Source: the human T2T-CHM13v2.0 reference genome, Homo sapiens
Length of the DNA: 64,000 bases
Assembly: GCF_009914755.1 (NCBI RefSeq)
Contig: NC_060947.1
Direction: 5' to 3' (one strand)
The position numbers were made by a program, and so were the translations under genes. Below are positions 44,010 through 61,969 of this stretch, in pieces (positions within the stretch are counted from its first letter, which is position 1; each line of letters starts with the position of its first letter). A model generated the notes under the pieces. It saw only the letters and a program-made list of their open reading frames with translations. It ran no database searches and was not told the origin of the DNA.

Positions 44010-45600
44010 TCCATAAGATCCAAGTGACTGAACTGCTTGCTCTGTTACCTCATCATACTGCAAAACATTCTAATATTCTGTGCCTCACTCAAAGTTGGCA
44101 GAATTATGAATTACTTATTAAATGGGTCAAACCAGCTCATTCAAGTGTGATATATGTTGTCACCCAATCTCAAGGAAGTCCCCCAAAATGTACCTCTTTA
44201 TTAGTGGTGGGTATTGTGAGATGCAAAAACTTGTCTTTCTCATTGGTGAGGGATAATATTTCAGTATATTACTGGTCTCCAGAAACTTCATTGAGGTAGG
44301 CCCCTGGTTTCACTGGTTTTACCTCCTGCCCAACAAGACCTCTGGAATTATTGCTTATCATGTTCTATCAGCATGATGTTATCAATATTATAGACTAGCA
44401 TCATGTCCTGTGGGATGATCAGAGTCTTGGCGTACTAAATTATGACAAAATATTGATGCATCCCTGAAATAAAATAGTGAATATTTAAGAGCAGTTCCTG
44501 ACAGGTTAAATTGCTTCTGGTCTTTCTTGCTTCGTGGTACAGGGTTAAAAAAGCATTTGCCAGATTGGTAACTGCAAACCAGGTGCTGGGGACAGTGTTG
44601 ACTTGCACCACTTTCTTTAAGAGACTACATCTAGAACAGCAGCTGCAACTTGGAGTTTCTCACTGATTAAAGTGAAGATAATTCACTGTCAGTCTCTAAG
44701 ACCTGACTCTTCAGTAAAGGCAAAATAGGCCACTTAAATGGTATGTGATAGGAATCACAATCCCTGCACATATCTTTGATGATGTCACTACATTCTGTGC
44801 TTCTCCCAGGAATACTACATTACTTTTGGTTTACTATTTTGTAGAGAGGGAAGTTCCACAGGCTTTCACTTTGCACTTCTTCCTATAATACCCCTTGCTT
44901 TAAAGGTTAAGGAGTAAATGAGGGGTTTCTGTCAGTTGCCCAGTGATAATTCCAACGTATGCATTTGGGAAATGGGGAAATAACCACAGGATGGGTTTAT
45001 AGACCTACTTCAGTAACAGAGAGATGGCTAGAATTCCACTTTATTACCTTACTCCTTTAAACCTCTGTATTTACCAGTAGACCAAAGTGGCTTTCCAGAT
45101 ACCCAGGAATTAGTATAACGCAAAGCCAATGTCCAATGTTTCCTAAAGGTTATAGGTATTTCTCTTTCCTCCATATACAGCTATCATGATAAATGACTAC
45201 AGGTTCATTTTGGTAAAGCCAAGAAGAAAGATGTACAGTGTACATTTGTGGTGGTATTACAGGATTCTTCCAGAAGGGGCTCCTTTTCTGTGAATTGACT
45301 CAGGCTATGAATGGCTAAAAAAACCCATCATTTTATATAGATCCAGTATGACCTGATGGGGTTGCTCATCTAATTTAGTCCAAGAGCCTGATTAATAATT
45401 AGCTACTACCTATGTTCTGTGCATGTCAAGCCATTCTGAATAATACTCTAGCTCTGTTGCTTATTATAGTAAGCATGCTTACCTTGTTTCTGGTAGTTAA
45501 GTGCTGCCACTTAGTATCTGCCACTCTTTGATACCATCATTCTCATTGAAGTCAGGGAGTCTATTTCAATGGTAGATCTCCTACCTTCCTCTCCAAACTA
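44010..45600 (-). pseudogene. ERVL-class endogenous retrovirus internal relic (gag end/protease/RT), no LTRs seen
   Basis: Minus-strand peptides RLTVNY, VAAAVLDVV, TWFAVTNLANAF and LVYNIDNIMLI (degenerate YxDD near 44375-44400) match ERVL RT motifs; LDIG protease-like motif near 45125-45140. Confidence 0.8.
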
Positions 45601-46131
45601 CAGAGGATAGGCACTGTAATGCTTTATTTTAAACTCTTTCTTGGGGAAATATAATATACACTTAGAAAAGTACATAAAACAAATGTATAGCTTAGTGAGC
45701 TATTATAAAGTGAATTTTGTAGAAAAACCATGCAGATGACAAAATGGAGCATTGTTTGTACCCCAGAAATCTTGTGCATGATATTTTACTGTCAAATACC
45801 TCTTCTGCCAAAATGCGACTGTTATTCTATATTTTATAGTAAGCATCTCCATATATTTATTTATTAATTTTCTACTATAACAAGCATTCCTAATAACATA
45901 ACGAAATTTGACTTGTTTTGGAATTTTGTTTAAATAGAAGCATACTGGTAGTATATATTAAATTGGGAGTATACTTTATTTGGCTTCTTTTTCTCATTAT
46001 TATAGTTTTGAGATTTATACAAATTGTGCATTTTTATTGATGTATAGTGTTAATTCTATGAATATACTACAATGTATGCATTCTGTTGAAAATGGGTTAG
46101 TTTGATCAGGGCTAGTTTGTTAGTTGTTGCT

Positions 46132-46888
46132 TGTGTTATTTCATTCTGGCTGCTATAGCAAATTACTTTAGGCTGGGTAATTTGTAAACAAAAGAAATGT
46201 ATTTCTTACAGTTCTGAAGGCTGGGAAGTCCAAGATCAAGTTACCAGTAGATAACAGTGTCTGGTGAGGGTCTGCTCTCTGCTTCAGAGATGGTGCCTTC
46301 TAGCTGTGTCCTCACATGGTGGAAGGGCAAAAAAGCTCCCTTAGGCTTCTTTTATAAGGGCAGTGCTATGGTTGGTATGTCTTTGTCCCCTCTAAAACTT
46401 GTGTTGAAATGTAATTCCTAATGCAACAGTGTTGGGAGGTGGGGCCTCATGGGAGATGTTCAGGTCACGAAGGCTCCACCTTCATAAGTGAATTAATACT
46501 ACTATACAAAGGGACTGTGGGAATGGGCTCACCCTTTCTTGTTCTTCTGCCACGTGGGGACACAACATTTTTTCTGCTTTCCTTTCTGTCTTCCACTATG
46601 TGAGGACACAGCAAGAAGGCCCTCACCAGATACCAGATGCTAGTGCCATGATCTTGGACTTTCCAGCATTCAGAACTGTGAGAAATATATTTCTGTTGTT
46701 TTTGAATTACCCAGCTTGTGATATTTTGTTATAGCAGCAAAAAAGAACTAGTACAGGTACTAATCCCATTCATGAGGGCTCTGCCTTCATGACCTAGTTA
46801 CTTCCCAAAGTCCCCACCTCTTAATAGCAACACATCAGGGATTCAATTTTAACATTGTTTGAGGGACACAAACAATCAGGCCATAGCA
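46132..46888 (-). mobile_element. MSTC/D- or MLT1A-like LTR with a nested MSTB-like LTR (46364-46755, plus strand)
   Basis: Host resumes taaggg|..|taatcccattcatgagggc; inner LTR tgctatggtt...gaactagtaca; degenerate TSD ggcag/ggtac. Confidence 0.85.
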
Positions 46889-47383
46889 GGGCTTTTACAA
46901 AGCTTCAGTGAATATTGTTATATATGTCTCTTGATGCACATGTACATGCTTTTCTGTTCGGTATGTATTCAGAAGCAGAATTGGTCCCCTCCCTTTTATT
47001 TTACCATACTTTTGTAACTCCATGCTTTCTTCTAGGTATGTTCTTCTGAAATATATTTCAGTTAACTAATTCTTCTACTGTATCTAATCTTTGTTTAATC
47101 CAACCACTAATTTTTATTCTCAATTATTGCATTTTTTTACTTTTATAATTTATATTTTAAAAATCTGAGTTCTCATGTCTCTGTTCTCAGTTTAAATTTT
47201 CAATCCTTTCCCTTATCTCCCAGAAACTAGTAAACATAGTTATTTTTAAATCAATGTCTAAAAATTTTGACATCTGGAGTCTTGTAGTTCTATTTCTATG
47301 CTTTGTTGTTGTTTCTGTTTCTTGTTCAAGTTGCCTTATTTGGACCAACTTTCATGCATCCCAGATACTATCATACTATCTTA

Positions 47384-47800
<417 letters not shown>

Positions 47801-48483
47801 CTAGCGATCTGAGATCATCATAATCCAGTATTAGGATTGAAATTTTCTGGGTCACCAAAGTGACTCTGGTGAGCTGCAATCTTTGTGAAAGCTGTTATAC
47901 TTCCAATTCACCCCATGAATCCTAGGTGCAATTCTCTAGGGTTCCACCTCAAAGTGTAGGAATATTACTGGAGCCTTTACCCTGGACTGGTCTTACTAAA
48001 TCACTTTCAGCTGTCTGAAACAGTGCATTAAATCCAGAGATTATTTTAGGTGTACCCATTTTTACAAATCTAATAAAATAATATTCTTCCTTTTCTAGTT
48101 TAAGAACTCATTCATATGCATATTTCTTAAGTTAATGCTGATGAAAATTAAAAGAAACTTGGTACCCATTTTACGTGTAATCCTCCTCCTCCAAGTCAGA
48201 CTTTGAAGGTTGATAGCACTATCAGGTATTTCGGCAAGGTAGAACCACCTACCTGATCTTATGAGAAGAGTCTTCTGCTGCTGCTGTCAAAGGAAATTCA
48301 GTAGAATTTGGAGATTTAGAGTATTCATATTCTTATGAATTCCCCAAAGTGTCTCAATTTCTAGATGTAACATTCAATAATTTTCGCAATTCATACATCA
48401 CAGGCATCAACCAGTTAGAATGGACACCTGATCAGTTAGTATGTATGCTCACCACCATTAAGTCTTCTGTCAAATGTTACCCT

Positions 48484-48925
48484 AATTTAAATTTTTAAAA
48501 ATTGTGTATATTTATGAAGTACAATGTATTGTTTTCATATGTTTGCATTGTGGGATGATTATATCAAGCTAATTAACATGCATCACCTCATATACTTATA
48601 TTTTTGTAGTGGAAACATTTAAACATTTTTTTAGCACTTGCAGTGTATAATACATTATTGATTATTGTTAATAATTCTGTGCAATAGTTCTGGAAAACTT
48701 ATTCCTCCTGTCTAATTAAAACTTTGTACCCTTTGGTCAACATCTCCCCATTCTCCACTCGCTTCTTCCCACCTTATAACCCCAGCCTGTGATAAGTACC
48801 ATTCTACTTTTTACTTCTATAAGTTAGACTTTTTAAGGAAAAAGTAAAATAACAAATTAAAAGTGAAATAAGCCAGACACACAAAGACAAATGCCACATG
48901 ATCTCACTTATATTTGAAATAAAAA
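48484..48925 (-). mobile_element. Short L1MA 3' element with inverted 5' segment
   Basis: Antisense 3'UTR to ~48835, then sense piece aagtgaaataagccag...ctcacttata; TSD aaatg(t/c)taccct at 48472-48483 and 48926-48937. Confidence 0.8.
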
Positions 48926-48980
48926 AAATGCTACCCTCTTAAAAGAATATTATGGCTACTTCATTTAAAATTTTATCGTA

Positions 48981-49293
<313 letters not shown>

Positions 49294-50673
49294 TCATCAT
49301 GCTCCAGATCCTGGAACACCTTATGCCTCCTGTTTTACTTTAATAGGAATATCAACTTATATCATTTGTCTAAAAATTATATTTATTTTTATTGTCTGTA
49401 TCTTCCATTATAACATAAGCTCTATGTAGGGCAGGGATTTTTACTTGTCTTGTTCACTATAATATTTTCTTAATAAATATTTGTTGAAAGATACCAAATA
49501 CTGCCTCAGTTAGCCTTTATTTACATGAAACAGATCCATTCCAGCTATTTTAAGCAGAATTGGTTTGATGTAGGGGACTAGGTTCTTACGAAATTCTTGG
49601 CTAAAAAAGTGCGCTCTAGGCTAGGCTTCAAGAAAGGACTCTCTAATCAACACTGTCAAACTGGTCCATCAGGATTACTGCTAACTCTGCTACATTTAGG
49701 AAGGTGATGAGTGACAGCAGTGAGGAGGCCACCACTGGAACTTTAAAGTTGACTTGAAGACCATATCTAAAATCTAGAAATAAGAAATTCACTGCCATTC
49801 CTATAACTATCTCTCAACACTCAACAGTCACAATAGTGACTAGACATTGGAATGTTGCTGCAGCAAAACCCAAGGTTTCCAAATCTTGCTTTTGGCGACT
49901 AGCAATGGCCAAAGTGGCAAGATATCTCTACCTCACTTATATTTTTCTAACTTGTGTCTGGAATCCTTGATTTTTTAGTGTTCTAGTAACTGTATTATAT
50001 ACAGGCACACTATAAGGACGTGGGAATGGATGCCATGTGTTATTTCACTGTATCTACTCCCTCGATTGTATAAAGTAGGGTGTATGTATCTTACATTTCA
50101 TCATCTGTCAAGGGCTCTTATTCCAACATCACTAATCCCTTGCAAAAAAGGGGAAACTTATTATGCAAAGCTAGTATAGTTAAACAATGCCTTCTTTCCA
50201 CTAAATTGCTTTATAAAACTTTGGAAAATTCTTTATGGAAAGACGTCTTTCTTGGTCTATCTGTTGCGGAATCATGGTTGAAACCAGTTGACAGTAATGA
50301 TACTTCCCCCACCTGGTTATGAAAGTGACTATTTGTTAGCAGAGGCATACTAAGAGGGGAGGGGAGTGAGATAAGTCTGCCTTGTGGAGAGATTTTATCA
50401 TTAGCATTGTTTAGAAATGCTGACACAGTGATAATAAAAAGCAAACCAACTTTTAGTCAGCTTTATTATTTAAGTTCTCTACAGAAGGTATACCCTTTAG
50501 TATCTGTACCCAGGGCAGTTACTCTACTGCCCCACCCTTGATACATCACTATTTGTTAGTATTGTTAGGGCTACTATTTCTTTCTTTTTTATGTGATAGG
50601 CACCATTCTAAATATCCTATGTATATTAACTTACTAATTCTTTTTTGTTGTTGTTGTTGTTACTGGAAAATTC

Positions 50674-52329
<1,656 letters not shown>

Positions 52330-52344
52330 TTAAAAAAGAAAATC

Positions 52345-54097
52345 TTCACATCGCTTGTAAGTTGTATTCCTAGGTATTTTATTCCCTTTGTAGCAATTGT
52401 GAATGGGAGTTAACTCATGATTTGGCTCTCTGTTTGTCTGTTATTGGTGTATACGAATGCTTGTGATTTTTGCACATTGATTTTGTATCCTGAGACTTTG
52501 CTGAAGTTGCTTATCAGCTTAAGGAGATTTTTGGGCTGAGACGATGGGGTTTTCTAAATATACAGTCATGTCATCTGCAAACAGACAATTTGACTTCGTC
52601 TTTTCCTATTTGAAAACTCTTTATTTCTTTCTCTTGCCTGATTGCCCTGGCCAGAACTTCCAATACTATGTTGAATAGCAGTGGTGAGAGAGGGTATCCT
52701 TGTCTTGTTCTGGTTTTCAAAGAGAATGCTTCCATTTTTTGCCCATTCAGTATGGTATTGGCTGTGGGTTTGTCATAAATAGCTCTTATTTTTTTGAGAT
52801 ACATTCCATCAATACCTCGTTTATTGAGAGTTTTTAGCATGAAGGGGTGTTGAATTTTGTTGAAGGCCTTTTCTGCATCTGTTGAGATAATCATGTGGTT
52901 TTTGTCATTGGTTCTGTTTATGTGATGGATTACGTTTATTAATTTGCATATGTTGAACCAGACTTGCATCCCAGGGATGAAGCCTATTTGATCGTGGTGG
53001 ATGAGCTTTTTGATGTGCTGCTGGATTCAGTTTGCCAGTATTTTATTGAGGATTCTCGCGTTGATATTCATCAGTGATATTGGCCTGAAATTTTCTTTTT
53101 TTATTGTGTCTCTGCCAGGTTTTGGTATCAGGATGATGCTGACCTCATAAAATGAGTTAGGGAGGATTCTCTCTTTTTCTATTGTTTGGAATAGTTTCAG
53201 AAGGAATGGTACCAGCTCCTCTTTGTACCTCTGGTAGAATTCGGCTGTGAATCTATCTGGCCCTGGACTTTTTTTGGTTGGTAGGCTATTAATTGCTGCC
53301 TGAATTTCAGAACTTCTTATTGGTCTATTCAGGGATTTGACTTCTTCGGTGGTCATTAGAGAAATGCAAATCAAAACCACAATGAGATACCATCTCACAT
53401 GAGTTAGAATGGTGATCATTAAAAAGTCAGGAAACAACAGATGCTAGAGAAGATGTGGAGAAATAGGAACGCTTTTAAACTGTTGGTGGGAGTGTAAATT
53501 AGTTCGACCATTGTGGAAGACAGTGTGGTGATTCCTCAAGGATCTAGAACTAGAAATACCATTTGACCCAGACATCCCATTACTGGGTATATACCCAAAG
53601 GATTATAAATCATTCTAATATAAAGACACATGCACATGTATGTTTATTGCAGCACTGTTCACAATAGCAAAGACTTGGAACCAACCAAAATGCCAATCAA
53701 CCATAGACTGGATAAAGAAAATGTGGCATATATACACCATGGAATACTATGCAGCCATAAAAAAGGATGAGTTCATGTCCTTTACAGGAACATGGATGAA
53801 GGTGGAAACCATCATTCTCAGCAAACTAACACAAGAACAGAAAACCAAACACCACATGTTCTCACTCATAAGTGGGAGTTGAACAATGAGAAGACATGGA
53901 CACAGGGAGGGGAACATCACACACCGGGGTCTGTCAGGTGATGTGGGCCTAGGGGAGGGACAGCATTAGGAGAAATACCTATTGTAGATGACGGGTTGAT
54001 GGGTGCAGCAAACCACCATGGTACATGTGTACCTATGTAACAATCCTGCACATTCTGCACATGTATCCCAGAACTTAAAGTACAATTTAAAAAAAGA
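52345..54097 (+). mobile_element. L1PA7/8-like element with 5' inversion (52345-53348 inverted; 53349-54097 forward)
   Basis: RT-region ORF2 on minus strand joins directly to Cys-rich region and 3'UTR on plus strand; possible TSD aagaaaa(t/c)c. Confidence 0.9.
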
Positions 54098-54149
54098 AGA
54101 AGAAAACCTGTGTAAATTTAGAAGACTGATGTTAAAAGAATAGATGTAG

Positions 54150-54980
54150 AACAGTGAGTCTCAACTATAGCTGTACATTAGTAAAAGCTGGGGATCTTTT
54201 AAAAAATGTTGACCTCTCAGTGCTACCATCACTTATTCTAATTTATAATTGGTCTGGAATAAGGCATAAGCCTGGATATTTTCTTTTTAAAGCTTCCCTC
54301 AGGATGCTAATGTGCAGCCAGTGTTGGGAACCGCTGCTGAAGACTGCTTTCAAACTAGTACAGCACATCTGAGCTGTATTTTAAGTTTTAAGCATGGATG
54401 TTTGTAGATAGGGTTAGCAGAACATTGTGCTAGTGTGCATTAAGTGACCAAAGCTTCCTAGAGGAAGCAACCTTTATACGTGGAATAGGTTAGAGCAGCA
54501 AGAGAGATTGTTAACATGGGCAGCTTCAATGAAGGTTTGCAATTGGATGGCTATGGGAAAGCAAATTTAATTGGAAGGGAAGGAGTTAACTAGGAAAGGG
54601 TGGCAACAATTTGGGAGGGATTTGGAAGTCCCTGAATTATGGGAAGATTATCAGGTTATGTGTCAATAATCAAGGCAATGGACTCAACTAACCTATTAGT
54701 AGTCTCAGGAGCTAACTCCCATCTAGAGCTCTTTCTAAAGTTGAGTGTAAGGGCCAGACATGTATTTAGGTCAGTGATACTCAACCTTGGATATACTTTA
54801 GGATTACATGGGGAGCAGTAAAAAAAATCCTAATACCCATACCCCAAACTTCATAGATTCAAAATTAATCAATCTGGAGTGTGGTCCAGGGAATTGATGT
54901 TTTCTGTTTTTGTTTTATTTCATTTAAAAAATATCTACGGGAGGTTACAATCCACAAATACGGTTGAGCACAACTGACCT
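54150..54980. mobile_element. Two MER5-type hAT MITEs (~54150-54340 and ~54770-54980)
   Basis: cagtgagtctcaact...gggaaccgctg and cagtgatactcaacc...gagcacaactg ends. Confidence 0.7.
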
Positions 54981-55189
54981 AGGTGGATCACAAAGACCTA
55001 CAAGGATTTTCTTCACCAAATAAAACAGCTTTTCTATGTGTTTTTCACAATATTGTCCTCCTTTCCTGCAACGTGAGGTTTTATGAGCATCAGACTTCCC
55101 TGACAATCCTACCCCGACCCTAACTCAACAGTCTTTTATGCTAGTGTCATACCCTCCTTAGCATTTATCATGATTTGACATGGGTAAAT

Positions 55190-55690
55190 ACATCATAACC
55201 TACCTACTTCTCTCCATCTCCACTGCTACCACTCTAGTCTCAGCTACCACTACCTCCTGGCTGGATTGCTGCTCCTGCCCTTTCTCCTTTTACTGTCTAT
55301 GTCAACACAGCCACTGAGTGGCTTTAAAGATGTATGTCAGATCATGTCACTGCTCTGCTTAAAACTTGCCAATGGCTTCTCATATCATTCAGAGTAAGGG
55401 CCAAGTACTTTTTATGACCCACAAGGTCCTTTATGATCTGACTCTTCCCCTTGCCTCTCTGAGATTCTATTTCTGTGCCCCTCACTAACACAGTTCTGGT
55501 CACACTGTCTTCCTTGTTTTTATACATCAGATACACTCCCACCTGAGAGCCTTTGCATTTGCTGTCTTCTCTGCCTGGGATGCTCTTTCCTTAGATATCC
55601 ATATGTATCATTCCATCTCTTCCTATTGGTCTTTTGTTAATTTATGCCTTACTGGTGAAGCCTACCTTGATTTCCATATTTAAAATTGCA
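55190..55690 (+). mobile_element. L2 fragment (continues ~57020-57260)
   Basis: tcagatcatgtcactgctctgcttaaaac; cctttgcatttgctgt; ccactagaatacaagccccatgag. Confidence 0.8.
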
Positions 55691-55694
55691 AATC

Positions 55695-57020
55695 TTATGG
55701 GCCAAAGACCTTAATAGACATGCCACTAGAGAAGACATACAGATGGCGAATACACATGAAAAGATGTGCCACATCATACATCATCAGAGTAAGTCAAATT
55801 AAAATAGTAATGAGATGCCACTACTACACTACCTATTAGAATGGCCAAAATCCAGAATACTGACAACACCAAATGCTGACAAGAATGTGGAGCAACAGCA
55901 ACTCTCATTCATTGCTGGTAGGAATGCAAAATGGTACAGCCACTTTGGGAGAAAATTAAACTACTTTTACCATACAATTCAGTAATTGCACCCCTTGGTA
56001 TTTACGCAAAGGAACTGAAAACCTATGTCCACGCAAAAACCTGCACACAGATGGTTATAGAAGCTATATTCATGATTTCTATAACTTGGAAGAAACCAAG
56101 ATGTCCTTCAGTAGGTAAAGAGATAAAGTGTGGTACATCCACATGATGGCATATTATTCAGTGCTAAAAAGAAATGAGCTGTCAAGCCATGAAAAGACAG
56201 GGAGAAACCTCAAGTGCGTATTACTAAATGAAGGAAGCCAATCTGAAAAGGCTACATACTGCATGATTCCAACTACAGTCAGCCCTCAATATCCACAGGC
56301 TTAGCATCTCTTGATTCAACCAACTATGTATGGAAATATTCAGAAAAATAAAACAATAAAAAGAACAATACAACAATAAAAATAACACAAATGTAAAATC
56401 AATACAGTATAACAACTATTTACATAGTTTTTACATTGTATTAGCTATTGTAAATAATCTAGATAATTTAAGCTATATGGGAAGTTGTGTGTAGGTTATA
56501 CAGAAATACTATACTGTACCATTTTATATAAGGGGCTTAAGCATCCATGGATTTTGGTATCCTGGGGGCGGGGGTCATGGAACCAGTCCTCCTTGGATAC
56601 CAAGGAATGATTGTATATGACATTCTTGAAAAGGTAAACCTATGGAAATATTAAAAGGATCATTGGTTGCCAGGATTAGGGAGCAATAAGGATGAATGGG
56701 TACAGCATAGAGGATTTTAGGGCAGTGAAATACTCTGTATGATACTATAATGGCAAAAACATGTCATCATACATTTGTCCAAACCCATGGAATGTACAAT
56801 ACTAAGAGTGAGACCTAATGTAAACCATGCATTTTGAGGTCATAATGATGTATCAATGTAAGGTCATCAATTGGAACAAATACATCTTTCTTATGGGGCA
56901 TCTTGATAATGGAGGCTATGCATGTGGGCGAGCAGGAGGTACATGGATTATTTTTCTACTGTCCTCTCAATTTTGTTGTGAACCTAAACCTGCCGTAAAA
57001 ATAAGGTCTTAAAAAAATTA
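55695..57020 (+). mobile_element. L1MC1/2-like 3' end
   Basis: ORF 55931..56146 is an ORF2 C-terminal remnant; tgtccaaacccatggaatgtacaa and ttgtgaacctaaa 3'UTR motifs. Confidence 0.85.
56276..56613. mobile_element. Tigger3a-like MITE inside the L1MC
   Basis: Ends cagtcagccctc / ggaatgattg, flanked by TA on both sides. Confidence 0.85.
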
Positions 57021-57964
57021 CAACTCTCCATGCTTACACGACTCAACCTATCCCCTTGTCACTGCTTTATTTCTATTCATATCACTTATCAACATCTGAC
57101 ATATGCATATCTGTTTATTGTTGATGGTCTATCTCTCCCCACTAGAATACAAGCCCCATGAGAGTGTAGAAATTTGTCTATTTTGCTCACTGCTAATCTC
57201 CAGAATCTGGAAAATTACCTGCCACATAGTAGAGGATCCATAAAAATTTCCTTGTTTGAATTAAAAGCCAAAGTACTGGGTTATAATTTCACTGTAAAAA
57301 TATGCACGTGTTTTCTCATTAAGGGGAAAACAGACTAACACTTATTGAGTATCCACTAAACACTATGTTATGTGCTTTTCATGTGTTCTATTATTTAATT
57401 CTCAAAACAATTCTCAAAACATTCTCAAATGGAATAGATATGATTGTTATGCCCACTTTATAGATGAGAAACTGAGGCACAGTACAGCTAGTGACTTTGC
57501 TCAAGGTCAAATAGCTTAATTTGTATTGGTGATGCTAGGATTTGAATCCAAATTTATCTGAATTCCAGGGTTGTATAATTTCTGTAAATAACCTCCCTGC
57601 CAGGACTAATTATTATTTAGTAATTAACTTACTACTAAAAGAAATCGTTATTAGAAATTAACTTACCAAATTAGTTCTTATTTTAATGGGTTTTGAGGAG
57701 CGAAAGGGGTAAGGAGGGACTCAAAAACAGAAAGGAGAAGTTTCAACTTGTTTGGCTGATGAGTTTCAGGGTAGCACTTAGGGATAGCAGGCTTTGGTGG
57801 GAACAGACACCTGTGGGGAAGAGTCAGAGTTAGTGTCACCAAAGGAATCTTCTCCTTCACAGTTGGACTTATCACTTAGGCTTGGCATTAAGGCTTTGGT
57901 GTGTAGCCCAGAACCAAAGTAGAGGCATTCCAGTCCATCATAGGGGAGTTAAAGGACTTGCAAC

Positions 57965-58090
57965 TATTATAAGATGTGAGGTAATAGATATGTTAATTTG
58001 CTTCCTTTAGTCATCCTACGATGTATACATATATTAAAACATCACATTGTACCTCATAAATATATATAATTATTATTTGTCAATTTTTTG
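57965..58090 (+). mobile_element. L1MA 3' terminal fragment
   Basis: gtgaggtaatagatatgttaatt...aaaacatcacattgtacc...ttatttgtcaat. Confidence 0.8.
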
Positions 58091-58831
58091 AAAAGGCTAG
58101 AGATATTGTTCTTTTGCCTGCACTGGGTCCCACACATTATAGCTTACATTTGTCTCCTGCATCCTAGCTCTGTGCTTAAACTTACAAAGGGGCAAGGGCT
58201 GTGGCAACGGCTTTAACAGTTCACCATCTTTTGCCCAGTCTTGGGGTAGCAATGAGACCTTTAGAGGTGCTAAGCACTAAGGTTATTCCTCCTCTCCCCC
58301 TACCATAAAAACATCAAACCTTAAAACAAGTAAATGAAAGTTTTAAAGTTCTCTAATTTTCTCCCATATAATGAAATCAATGATTTTTTCCTTTATTTAT
58401 CAAACACCAATATCTTTCAGAAGTGTTCCTCTTGGTAAGAGATCAGGTGGAGGATAGCTGATTTGTTGGTGCCTTAAGTGGTGCTCGTGTACCTTTAGGT
58501 AATCTAACACTGTGGGGGATGTGATTAAAGGGGCAAAACTCTCCAAAATGATTTCCCCGCCTGCCACAGAGCTGTACATTCATGAGCTCTTCTTGGGGAT
58601 AAAGCAAGGACCTCTGTTAACATTCAAAGGCAGTACTGCTATACACATGACAACCCATTGCAAACAGAGAGCAAAGATCCAAGTGGCTGGAGCAAAAGGA
58701 ACATCAAGTTTGAAGGGTTAGAAGAGAGGAGGGGAAGGTTTGAAGTGTGGTTTGCTGGTAGGAAAGAGAGAGCCTAAGTGAGATGAATAAGTGGGAACCT
58801 TTGGGCAGCCAGAGGGAGGCCTGAGTTCTCA

Positions 58832-61969
<3,138 letters not shown>

